64,000 nucleotides of DNA, taken from NCBI GenBank assembly GCA_038087875.1, contig CM075988.1, positions 4,092,001 to 4,156,000 of the forward strand, read 5' to 3'. The DNA is from Malacoraja senta (Eukaryota). Positions 23,509 to 34,176 of this stretch are shown here, in pieces. Position 1 is the stretch's first letter. Each line of letters starts with the position of its first letter. Made by a program: the position numbers and the translations under genes. Below the pieces are notes generated by a model that ran no database searches, was not told the DNA's origin, and saw only the letters and a list, made by a program, of their open reading frames with translations.

Positions 23509-24126
23509 ACTTGGATAGGCGATGTTTCCGGTCTCGTCCCTTCTTCAGATGTTGGGACCCGACCTGAAACGTCGCCGATCCATGTCGTCCAGAGCTGCTG
23601 CCTGTCCCGCCAAGTTACTCCAGCACTGCGTTTTTGTTGCAAAGCAGCTTCTGCAGTTCCTTCCCAAACCTTTTTCAGGATGCAGAATGGAGGCTGATAA
23701 CTCTAATCACAAAGACCACAATGCAGCAGCACTTCCAATTTAGTAGAAATCCTTGAATCGCTGCCAGAGCAACTTGGACAAATGGTGCCGCAGTACTAAT
23801 ACCTGCCTCTGATGGGTAGTTACCGATTGGCATGGTGCGTGAAGTATAGCTCCCCAGGTGATGAATCAGGTGGTTGATGGGCCTTCACAGGTTGACTGAG
23901 CACGAGCTGGCCTCGCGAGAGGCCACTGTGAAGCAGCGGAGATAAATCACCCACAAACCCTTGTCCCTCTCACATAACCATGCAATCATGGGCTCCTGTA
24001 ATGTCAGTCAGCCTCTGTCAAGCATCGCAAAATGCAGCACTCAGACATTTTTGGTTGCAGAACTAAGCAAGTTAAAATTAACTTTGTGGTCTGTTGTCGG
24101 ACAATCACTCCCTCACCCACATAGCA

Positions 24127-24130
24127 GTGT

Positions 24131-24165
<35 letters not shown>

Positions 24166-24239
24166 AGTGTGAGTGTGTGTGTGAGTGTGAGTGTGAGTGT
24201 GTGCGCGTGTGTGAGTGTGTGTGCGCGTGTGTGAGTGTG

Positions 24240-24303
<64 letters not shown>

Positions 24304-24335
24304 CGCGTGTGTGAGCGTGTGTGTGTGTGTGTGTG

Positions 24336-24417
<82 letters not shown>

Positions 24418-24810
24418 TGTGTGTGTGTGAGTGTGTGTGAGTGTGTGTGAGTGTGTGTGAGTGTGTGTGAGTGTGTGTGACAGAGAGAGAGAGTGTGTGA
24501 GAGAGGGAGTGAGAGGGAGAGAGAGTGTGAGAGCGTGTTGGAGAGAGAGAGAGTGTGAGTGTGAAAGAGACAGAGAGTATGTGAGAGAGAGAGTGAAAGA
24601 AAGAGAGAGTGAGAGGGAGAGCGTGTTAGAGAGAGCGTGAGCGGGGAGAGAGAGAAAGAGGGGGAGAGAGAGAGTGAGGGGAGGGAGAGAGAGATGGAGA
24701 GTGAAAGAAAGTGAGAGAGTGTGAGTGAGTGTGAGAGTGAGAGAAAGTGTGTGAGCGAGCATGAGCGAATGTGAACGAGTGTGAGCGTGAGAGAGAGAGC
24801 GTGCGAGTCT
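24127..24810. repeat. (TG)n grading into (AG)n microsatellite
   Basis: Read directly. Confidence 0.97.
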
Positions 24811-25502
24811 CTCTATCCCCATGAAGACAGATGCTGAATGACGTGATTATGTGTGAGCAGTGTCTCCTTGTCAAGTGGAAGGCAAATCTGAAGTGTTTAA
24901 TGAAATGTAATTCCTTGAAATTGACAGCCTCACTTTTTGAAGCATGAATGTCCAGCCTCATTACTCTGACTAATCGTAACTTGACTTTTAAACAGATGAG
25001 TGTATTGGCACAGCCTTTAATCCTGCCTTCAATTGCAGCTCCAGTGCACTCACTCAGATTGACCCAGTGCCCACAAGGCCCATAGATTCCCCGTCCCACT
25101 CTCCCCTGCTTCTCAGCAAAGTCAACACCCACACAATCTCAGTAGACATCTGCTTTGGTGCTGACGTAGTACTGGTTTAGTTTAAAAAGGTTCTCGACCC
25201 GAAATGTCACCCATTCCTTCTCTCCAGAGTTGCTGCCTATCCCGCTGAGTTACTCCAGCTTTTTGTGTCTATCTTCGGTTTTAACCAGCCTCTGCAGTTC
25301 CTTCCTGCACCAGTTTAGTTTAATTTAGAGATACGAGCGTGGAATCAGGCCCAAGTCCATAGCGACCTTATGATCTCATTACGGGTGTCAGATGGAGAGA
25401 AGGCAGGAAAATGGGATTAGGAGGGAGATATAGATCAGCCATGATTGAATGGCAGACTAAACTAGACTTGACGGATCAAAGGCCCAATTCTGCTCCTATC
25501 CT

Positions 25503-25930
25503 TGCCCAGTCCATCACCGGCTCTGACCTCCCCACCATCGAAGGGATTTAACGGAGTCGCTGCCTCAAAAAGGCAGCCAACATAATCAGAGACCCCCACA
25601 CCACCCTGGCCACACACTCATTTCACCACTGCCATCGGGAAGAAGGTACAGGAGCCTGAAAACTGTAACGTCCAGGTTTAGGAACAGCTTCTTCCCTTCA
25701 ACCATCAGGCTATTACAACAACAAATAAGCTCTGAACTAGAACTGACTATTATTATTACTGCACTAGAATTATTTGTTTTTTGAGTATGTGTGTATGCGT
25801 TTATATACAGACTGAACTTTTATTCTCTCGTTTATGTACTATGTTTACATATTCTGTTGTGCTGCAGCAAGCAAGAATGTCATTGTTCTGTCTGGGACAC
25901 GTGGCAATAAAACTCTCTTGACTCTTGACT
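25503..25930 (+). mobile_element. Rex1/Babar 3' fragment
   Basis: cccaccatcgaagggattta...tgcctcaaaaaggcagcc...ggaagaaggtacaggagcctg, similar to 13602-14010; tail aataaaactctcttgactcttga. Confidence 0.85.
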
Positions 25931-26634
25931 CCATTATGATCTCAGCACCAATCACCCACACACTAGTTCTATCCTACACAGAAGCCAATTAACCTACAAA
26001 CTTGCACGGCTTTGGGATGTGGGAGGAAATTGAAGCCCCCGGAGAAAACCCCAGCGGTCACGGGGAGAATGTGGAATCTCCGTACAGACAGCGCCGGTAG
26101 TCAGGATGGCCACTGTGCCACCTTGTGACCACACTTTCAGTCGGAGCTGTTTTACGCCAGCTACCCCACAGTTCCATGAAAGTAGTTGAAGAGAAGGGCC
26201 GTTTCCCCCAGAGCCGGGGCTAAAATTCATTGCCCAACCACTGCTGAAAGAACTGGTTAACTGTGTCCCTCATTTTTGTTGTAATTTGCGGATCTTTGCG
26301 CTATGTGAATTATATTGCAATGCTCCTTACACTTCCAAGGCACTTCATTGTAGTGTGCGATGGGATGTCTTGCCTTTTGCTAACATTTATAATTCCAAGT
26401 TTTCCTCACTGCAGTGGGAAAGTATCACAGAAACACAAGGAACTGCAGATGCCGATTTACAACAACAAAAAAACGCACAAAATGCTGGAGGAACCCAGCG
26501 GGTCAGGCAACATCTCTGGAGAACATGGATAGGTGGCGTTTTGTGTCAGACTGAAGGTATCACACCCAACTGGTCTTTACAATTAGATAAGCAACCTCAA
26601 ACTCCTTCTGAAAACAACTGTTTTATTTTTGTAA

Positions 26635-26967
26635 GAAGCGGCCGATTTGGGAACTCCAAACCGCAGAGTGTGTTCCGATCCGTCCCGACGTCAGAGTTCC
26701 GATCATCCCGGCGAGAGGGCCTGTACATCAGGCCGTCCGTAGCGGCGACTGCGGAGGGTTCTAGGCCCCGACCACGGGTGAACAAAAGGAGGAAGCTGAC
26801 TGAACGTTATTGCCTTCCATCACAGTGAGAAATGTTGATTCCACTGTGGTTTGGTGTTTACGCTAAATTTTATCGTGTATTGTGTTCTTTTTATTCGTAT
26901 GGCTGTATGGTAACTGATATTTCACTGTACCATTTCGTGCATGTGACAATAAATGTGAACTTGAACG
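26635..26967 (+). mobile_element. Non-coding retroposon-like repeat, 3' part
   Basis: Matches 14703-15055 (reverse); ends tattgccttccatcacagtg...gtgacaataaatgtgaacttga. Confidence 0.75.
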
Positions 26968-27109
26968 AAGTAAAATGGGAACAACCCAGTGGGCGAATGG
27001 TCACCAAATATTTGATTCAGGATACCCAGATGTGGTTTCACACAAAGCCAATAACAACAGCAGACACAAATAACCCATCAGTGGACATCCAGGCCAAATA
27101 ACAGTTAAA

Positions 27110-27388
27110 ATGTGTAGGAAGGGAGGGTCTCGACCTGGAACGTCACCCATTCCTTCTCTCCACAGATACTGCCTGTCCCGCTGAGTTGCTCCAGCATTTT
27201 GTGCCTATCTTCCAAATAACAGTTAATTGGTGTTAAAGAAGGAACTGCAGATGCTGGAAAATTGAAGGTACACAAAAATGCTGGAGAAACTCAGCGGGAA
27301 GAAGGGTTTCGGCCCGAAACGTTACCTATTTCCTTCGCTCCATAGATGCTGCTGCACCCGCTGAGTTTCTCCAGCATTTTTGTGTACC
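27110..27388. mobile_element. Two successive short Penelope pLTR insertions at one target
   Basis: Target aacagttaa is present three times (~27100, ~27218, ~27389) and separates two different pLTR subfamily inserts. Confidence 0.75.
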
Positions 27389-28139
27389 AACAGTTAATCG
27401 GGACTGACTCTCACTGCTTTAGGGGTTTACCCTTTATCCAAGCAGGGTCAATGCCAGAAGGGATGGCACGGCGATGCAGCAGTAGAGTTGTTGCCTAACG
27501 ACACCACGGAGCCAGGTTCGATCCTGACTACAGGTGCTGTCTGTACAGAGTTTGTACGTTTGCCCTGTGACACAGACTTTGTGGGCCGAAGGGCCTGTTC
27601 CTGTGCTGTACTGTTCTATATTAATCTCAGTTTCTTTTATTCTGAATAGTGGTGGCTGGCTCTAGGAAATATTTTTCAGAATGTTATATAATTCTATATG
27701 TGGAGCAACTGCTCCCTACGCTTCCAAGGTATTTCATTATAGTGTATTTCATTACAGATTCACAACCCTCTGACTAAAGAAATTTCTCCTCATCTCCTTC
27801 CTAAAGGAACTGGTTTGTCTGGGTTGGGGAGTCTAAAAACAGCAGGCACATGTTTAAGATGAAAAGGGAGAAATTTAAAGTAGATTTGAGGGTGACCAGA
27901 GAAATGAATACACATAGAGCAGGGAATATCTGGTATGAGCTGCAAGAGGAGGAGGTGGTGAAGATACGATAATTACAATGTTTAAAAGGTATTTGGATAA
28001 GAAAGGCATGGTGGGAAGCAGGCATTATACAGGCAAATGCAATGCGTCTGAATAGGGATCATGGTCAGCATGGGCAATTGTGTTTGAAAGATCCATTTTG
28101 GTGTTGTATTCCTTGCTATACAATCTTATATCGTTCATC

Positions 28140-28850
28140 TCGGCTCATCAAGGCTTGGGAGTCAAGTTGGAAATACAAGGATGGCGTTAAAGGGAAAGAG
28201 AGTAGAGGAAAAGTTAAGAAAGACACCAGAATTAACGGGACAGAAAGCTCACGAAGGGATAGGAGAGCATGGCCAAGTGAAATAGGAATCGATGTGAAAG
28301 GTGAGGTGAGTAATGGATTATATTATATATTATATATATATTATATTATATTATATATGAATGCGCAAAGTATAAGAAGTAAAGTGGATGAGCTTGAGGC
28401 TCAGTTAGAGATTGGTACATGTGACATTGTGGGGAGTACAGAGTCATGACTGCAGGAGGATCGGGGCTGGGAACTGAATATTCAGGGTTATACGTCAGGG
28501 GTGGGGTAGCTCTGTTGGTGAGGGATGAAATTCAGTCCCTTGAAGAATTGTAAAGGTAAGAAGACACTAACGCGAGTTATCCACTGGCCCCCAAACAGTA
28601 GCCTTGATATAGGGTGCAAGTTGCAGCAGGAGTTAAAATTACACGTAACAAAGGTAATGCCACTGTGGTTATGGGAGATTTCAATATGCAGTTAGGCTGG
28701 GAAAATCAGGTTGGTTCTGGACACCAAGAAAGGGAGTTTGTGAAGTGCCTCTGAGAGGGATTCTTAAAGCAGCTTGTATTGGAGCCTACCAGAGAGAAGG
28801 CTATTCCGGATTTAGTGTTGTCTAATGAACCAGATTTAATAATGGAACTC
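28140..28850 (+). mobile_element. CR1-type LINE fragment, start of the ORF2 apurinic endonuclease domain
   Basis: LYMNAQSIRSKVDELEAQLE...DIVGSTES*LQED, GGVALLVRD, MGDFN, PTREKAIPDLVLSNEPDLI. Confidence 0.82.
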
Positions 28851-29184
28851 TGTTGGAAGATAATGACTTTATTTCCTAATACGTCTTGCTGTCTTTATCA
28901 CTGGAGAATTCCAAGCATGCATTTGCAGTGACGAATGAAGGCCAAGTTGCTCTAAGACGACTCATTTGGTCTTTGGAAAGACTAGGCAATGTTTCTTATT
29001 CCCTCACATTATGTCGTTAAGTAGCTCATTATCAGAACATTAACTGAGCCATTCTGTAAGACAACACTTAAAATGAGAGAACTTTTTCCCCTACCTGCAA
29101 TTATATGCTTTTAAGTGAGGTTGATGACACTCAACCAACCAATATAAATATATGTCAGTGGATGATATGGCTGACCATGTGGTT

Positions 29185-29610
29185 ATCACTTGCACCTGCT
29201 CCAACCTCGTCTACTGAATCCGCTGTTCCAGGCGTGGACTCCTATATATCAGCGAGACCAAGCGCAGGCTCGGCGATTGTTTCACTGGACACCTCTGCTC
29301 AGATTGCCTAAACCTCCCTGATCTCCCAGTTACTAAACACTTTAAATCCCCTTCCCGTTCCACACTGACCCTCCATATTGACCTAATTGACAAGTAACCC
29401 TTGTTTACCCGCTGTCTCCATCCTTCCCCCTTCCTAGTTCTCCGACCAGTCCCCTTTGATCTCTCCATTTCACACCTTACCTTCCCATATGTCGGTATAT
29501 CCGTATCCCCTGACACTCAGTCTGAAGAAGGGTCTCGACCCAAACCACCTATTTCTTCTCTCCAGAGATGCTGCCTGTCCTGCTGAGTTACTCCAGCATT
29601 TTGTGTCTCT
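29185..29610 (+). mobile_element. Penelope-like element 3' fragment: GIY-YIG remnant, UTR and pLTR
   Basis: Hand translation TCTCSNLVY*IRCSRRGLLYISETKRRLGDCFTGHL...KHFKSPSRSHTD; downstream gtctgaagaagggtctcgacccaaac (~29520). Confidence 0.85.
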
Positions 29611-29637
29611 CTTCTTATAAAGATTATCGCTGGCTTT

Positions 29638-29940
29638 GAGGTGGCATAGTTGCACAGCGGTAGTGTTACTGCCTTTCAGCGCCAGAGACCTGGGTTCGAT
29701 CCTGACTATGGGTGCTGCCTGTATGAAGTTTGTACGTTCTCCCCGTGACCGCGTGGGTTTTCGCCGAGTACTCCGGCTTCCACCCACACTCCAAAGTCGT
29801 GCAGATTTGCAGGTTAATTGGCTTCTCTAATTTATCCCTTGGGTGTAGGATGGAACTAGAGGATGGGTGATCATTGTTCGGCATTGACTTGGTGGGCCAG
29901 AGGGCCTGTTTACATACGGTATCTCCAAACTAAACTGAAA
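29638..29940 (+). mobile_element. HE1-like SINE
   Basis: ggttcgatcc B box, conserved body and tail. Confidence 0.82.
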
Positions 29941-29949
29941 ATAAACTTG

Positions 29950-30406
29950 TGCAGATGCTGGTTTAAATCAAAAATAGGCACAAAATCCTGGTGTAACTCA
30001 GCGGGGCAGGCAGCATCTCTGGATCGAAGGAATGGGCGACGTTTCGGGTCGAGACCCTTCTTCAGACTGATGTCAGGGGAGTGGGCGGTACAGAGATAAA
30101 ATGTAGTCGGAGACAGTAAGACTGGTCGGAGAACTGGGAAGAGGGAAGGGATGGAAAGAAAGGGAAAGCAAGGCCTAGAAGTTAGAGGTCAATGTTCATA
30201 CCGCTGGGGTGTAAGCTGCCCAAGTGAAATATGAGGTGCTGTTCCTCCAATTTGCGCTGGGCCTCACTCTGACAATGGAGGAGGCCCAGGACAGAAAGGT
30301 CAGCATGGGAATGGGAGGGGGACTTAAAGCGCTGAGCAACCAGGACTGAGAGGAGGTATTCAGTGAAACGATCGTTGATCCTGCGCTTGATCTCTCCGAT
30401 ATAAAC
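29950..30406 (-). mobile_element. Penelope-like element 3' fragment: GIY-YIG C-terminus, UTR and pLTR with intact hammerhead motif
   Basis: 30403-30182 reads YIGEIKRRINDRFTEYL...HSHADLSVLGLLHCQSEAQRKLEEQHLIFHLGSLHPSGMNIDL*; hammerhead core at 30038-30065. Confidence 0.9.
30038..30065 (-). ncRNA. Putative minimal type I hammerhead ribozyme
   Basis: CTGAAGA-A-GGGT CTCG ACCC-GAAA-CG-TC: both conserved boxes, 4-bp stem II, palindromic ACGT in place of stem III, GUC triplet. Confidence 0.7.
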
Positions 30407-30914
30407 TTGATTTCAACAAAGTTCGCAGGTTCTCCTGATGCTCATTCGGGCACGTTGGTTAATTCTGCAAATGCCTGCTGATCTCAAATGTTCATTAACC
30501 GACACATTTTATCACATCCTCAAAGGAAATGTACCAAAAGACCATTGCTTCAAACAATTGTTGATGTGTTGCTGGATTACTGACAATCAACACAGGAGCA
30601 AGAGGTCAAGGCTGATGGGTGAGATCGGACACTTACTTGTGTAGGAAGGAACTGCAGATGCTGGTTTGCACCACAGATAGACACAAAAAGCTAGAGTAAC
30701 TCTGCGTGCCAGACAGCATCTCTGGAGAAAGGGAATAGGTCGATTCCCTTTCTCCAGAGATGCTGTCTGATCTGCTGAGTTACTCTAGCTGTTTGTGTCT
30801 ATCTTTGGGTACTTACTTGTTCAGTTTAGTTAATTATCACGTGTAGCGAGGTACAGTGAAAAGCTTTTGTTGCGTGCTAACCAGCCAGTGGAAAGACAAT
30901 ACATGATTACAATC

Positions 30915-31120
30915 GTTTAAGAAGGAACTGCAGATGCTGGAAAATCGAAGGTAGACAAAAATGCTGGAGAAACTCAGTGGGTGAGGCAGCATCTATGGAG
31001 CAAAGGAAATAGGCAACGTTTCGGGCCGAAACCCCAGGGTTTCGGCCCGAAACGTTGCCCATTTCCTTCGCTCCATAGATGCTGCCTCACCCGCTGAGTT
31101 TCACCAGCATTTTTGTCCAC
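30915..31120. mobile_element. Penelope pLTR fold-back with ~84-bp near-perfect arms
   Basis: 30951-31034 is inverted against 31037-31120; inserted in a Rex-type tail with an imperfect duplication (atgattacaatcg / ataattataatcg). Confidence 0.85.
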
Positions 31121-31691
31121 ATAATTATAATCGAGCCATTTACAGTGTGTAGATACATGATCAGGGAATAACATTTAGTGCAAGGTAAAGCCAGCAAAGT
31201 CTGATCAAGGATAGTCCGAGGATCACCAATGAGGTAGATAGTAGTTCAGCACTGCTCTCAGGTTGTGGTAGGATAGTTCAGTTGCCTAGTAACAGCCTTG
31301 CATCCTAGACTCACTGCTCAGTTGTAATAGTAAATAGTAAATAAACTGAACAAGCATTGATGTCCTTGAGCCAGTGGACAGGTGTTGGACTAAACAAGAG
31401 CAGCACGTAGTACTCTGAACAAGTACCCGTTGTGCAGTTAACTGGGTGACCCCTCTTAACCTAAATGCTGGTTTCTGACTTCTGCTTGTGTGATTCAGTG
31501 GATTTGAAGAGAAAGAAAATGGATAGAAATGTTAGTATAAATTTTCAGTAGAAATAGCAGCATGGCAGTGGGAAAACAATTGCATACAGAGGCTTTAAGA
31601 TGATGGAATCCAAGCCCTTTCTAGTCAAAGGGAAAAATAACAACTCCCAGCAAGTCATGGCCTGCAAATGTTTGCCAGAACTAAACACACA

Positions 31692-32047
31692 GTTTAGTTT
31701 AGTTTTAGAGATACAGCACGGAAACAGGTCCATCGGCCCGCTGAGTCCGAACTGACCAGAGATCCCTGCACATTAACACTATCGTGGATATCATGACAGA
31801 AGCCTCCTAGTGGCGATCCCCAGAAACGACGCGACGATGCATTCGTGATGGGTCGGGCGATCAATTCTGTCAACATGTTGGACAACGACAGAAGCCGACA
31901 GCGAGCTACACGTCGTCTGACACACGAGCGACTGAACACTGTCGTACACACACTAGGGACAATAGGTACAAACACCCGTAGTCAGGATCGAACCCGTGTC
32001 TCTGGCGCTGTAAGGCAGCAACTCTACCGCTGCGCCACCATGCCACC
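31692..32047 (-). mobile_element. HE1-like SINE interrupted by a ~150-bp CpG-rich insert
   Basis: SINE sequence on both sides of ~31786-31934; aacactatcgt / aacactgtcgt flank the insert. Confidence 0.8.
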
Positions 32048-32562
32048 CTTCTTCCACTCTTTGGTGGTGCCCTGAGCCTCAATTCCCAAAAACCTTTCAT
32101 TGACCACCTTGAATATCATCCAATATCCCTGCATATAGAATTCTCAAGATTCACAATATTCCCAACAACAGAATTCTTCTGCAATGCACACCATGACATC
32201 CAACCCCATATCTTTGAGTTTAAACCATCATTAGCTCCAACACTAATCTTTGTGGCATTACAGTTAACTTGAAGTTCTATTTATTCCTACTCTCTGAATT
32301 CTGAGAGCCAATACTTAAGCTATGCAATATTTTTCATGATCTTAGATACCCTTGCACATAGAAAAAACGTGAAAACCTTCGCAAAATCCATATACGCCGC
32401 ATCTGCTGCATTTCCTCACCCACCCTGCCATTTACATCAAGGGGGAAGAATGGAATTTAATTTGTATGAATGGTTTCCCATACACAAAATCCATGATATT
32501 AACATTTCGTATTACAAACCTCTTTTATGGATTTCGATAGGTTCTCTAAAGCTGATTAAATG

Positions 32563-32840
32563 AGCTACTGCCTTACAGCGCCAGAGACATGGGTTCGATC
32601 CTGACCACAGGTGCTGTCTGTAGGAGTTTGCACGTTCTCCCCGTGACCTACATGGGTTTTCTCCGAGATCTTCAGTTTCCTCCCACACTCCAAAGACGTA
32701 CAGGTTTGTAGGTTAATTGGCTTGGTATAAATATAAATTGTCCCTAGTGTGTGTAGGATAGTGTTGACATTCAGGGATCGCTGGATGGTGCGGACTCAGT
32801 GGGCCAAGCTGTATCTCTAAAAGTAAAAAACTAAAACTAC
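32563..32840 (+). mobile_element. HE1-like SINE
   Basis: gccttacagcgccagagacatgggttcgatcc head, conserved body. Confidence 0.85.
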
Positions 32841-33139
32841 AAACTGAATGGTTTACAGTTCCTTATTCTGACTTTCCTTCTTGTTTGAAATGTGTTGTGA
32901 TATTTGTTGCTGCCAATCTTCTGGGACAGTTACAGAGTCTGGGGGAATCTAAGGAATGTTGCAAGCTGATCACTGGTTCATCCATAATCTCTGGTTGAAT
33001 CCTACGATCCAAGCCATCAGGTCCAACTTTAAATGTTACTCAGTTTACTATTGCTGACCTTACGTTTCACACTTTCATTAGATCATTCTTTTTCTCTTAT
33101 TCTTTATGCCCATTACTGAATAGAAACACAAAATCTGAT

Positions 33140-33440
33140 TAGAGTCATAGTCATAGAGTGAACTATGTCCCAGCTACACTAGTCCCACCTGCCCGCGTTT
33201 GGTCCATATCTCTCCAAACCTGTCCTATCCATGTACCTGTCTAACTGTTTCTTTAATGTAGGGATAGTCCGAGCCTCAACTACCTCCTCTGGCAGCTTGT
33301 TCCATACACTCACCACCCTTTGTGTGAAAAAGCTACCCATCAGATTCCTATTAAATCTTTTCCCCTTCACCTTAAACCTATGTCCTCTGGTCCTCGACTC
33401 CCCTACTCTGGACAACTCTGTGCATCTACCCAATCTATTC
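33140..33440 (-). mobile_element. CR1 3' end (second subfamily)
   Basis: GESRTRGHRFKVKGKRFNRNLMGSFFTQRVVSVWNKLPEEVVEA. Confidence 0.85.
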
Positions 33441-34176
33441 CTCAACCATTTCCTTGTCCCCCATTCCAATTTCTCCTCCCATCGCTTGCAGGAAACCCAC
33501 CTTTCCTTTTGGTAATCTCTTCCTTTTCATATGCTTGAAGAAATGTTTACAATTGTTAATTGACTTTTATAAAGTATCTTTCGTCTCATAATTAATTGAT
33601 TTGTTCATTGTTTGCCAATTTCAGTAAACCTACCATTTATCTTTCCACTAGATTTCTCTTTCTCTTAAATTTTGCTTTTCTCTAAAATTTATCTTTCTTT
33701 TAATCTCACACCAAATGTAAATGTACATCCATTCATACTCGTCATTAAATAGTTCTTGAAACATTTGCCATTTCCAACGAACCATTTTGTTTCCTCCATC
33801 TACCTTGTAAAACAGGCCACTCGTATCTAGTTAATTGTTTTTGATTCAAGTTTAAGCCTATGGTTTCCAATTTAAGTACATCACTATCAAAGTCAATACA
33901 AAATGCTATTACATTATAATCACATCTTCTTCCAGTCAGGCTGCTAATTGCCCCAGTGTATGATTCAAGATGTGAATAAACTTGCTTCGTCCTTCAATCC
34001 ATACCATGTTGCTCCAGGAAGCTGCACCAAATGCATTTAATCAACTCGTCTCCAAACTGCCTTTATTCATTAAATTTTCCCATCTTAAGTGAAGGCAAAA
34101 GCTCCCTTACAATTTGATTTTACCTTTGCATTAAGCTGCCATGCGCTGTTTCCTTTTCTCCGACAGTACAGCTTCT

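Noticed and set aside
23961..24822. 272-aa and overlapping ORFs
   Set aside because: (TG)n/(AG)n low-complexity artefacts.
26240..26410. Similarity to 27690-27745 (tgctcc.tac.cttccaagg.a.ttcatt.tagtgt), reminiscent of an ancient DeuSINE-type tail
   Set aside because: Too degenerate to assign by eye; needs a Dfam HMM search.
33440..34170. AT-rich stretch as a unique island
   Set aside because: Looks like a highly decayed minus-strand CR1 endonuclease region, so not counted as a CNE candidate; boundaries too uncertain to annotate.
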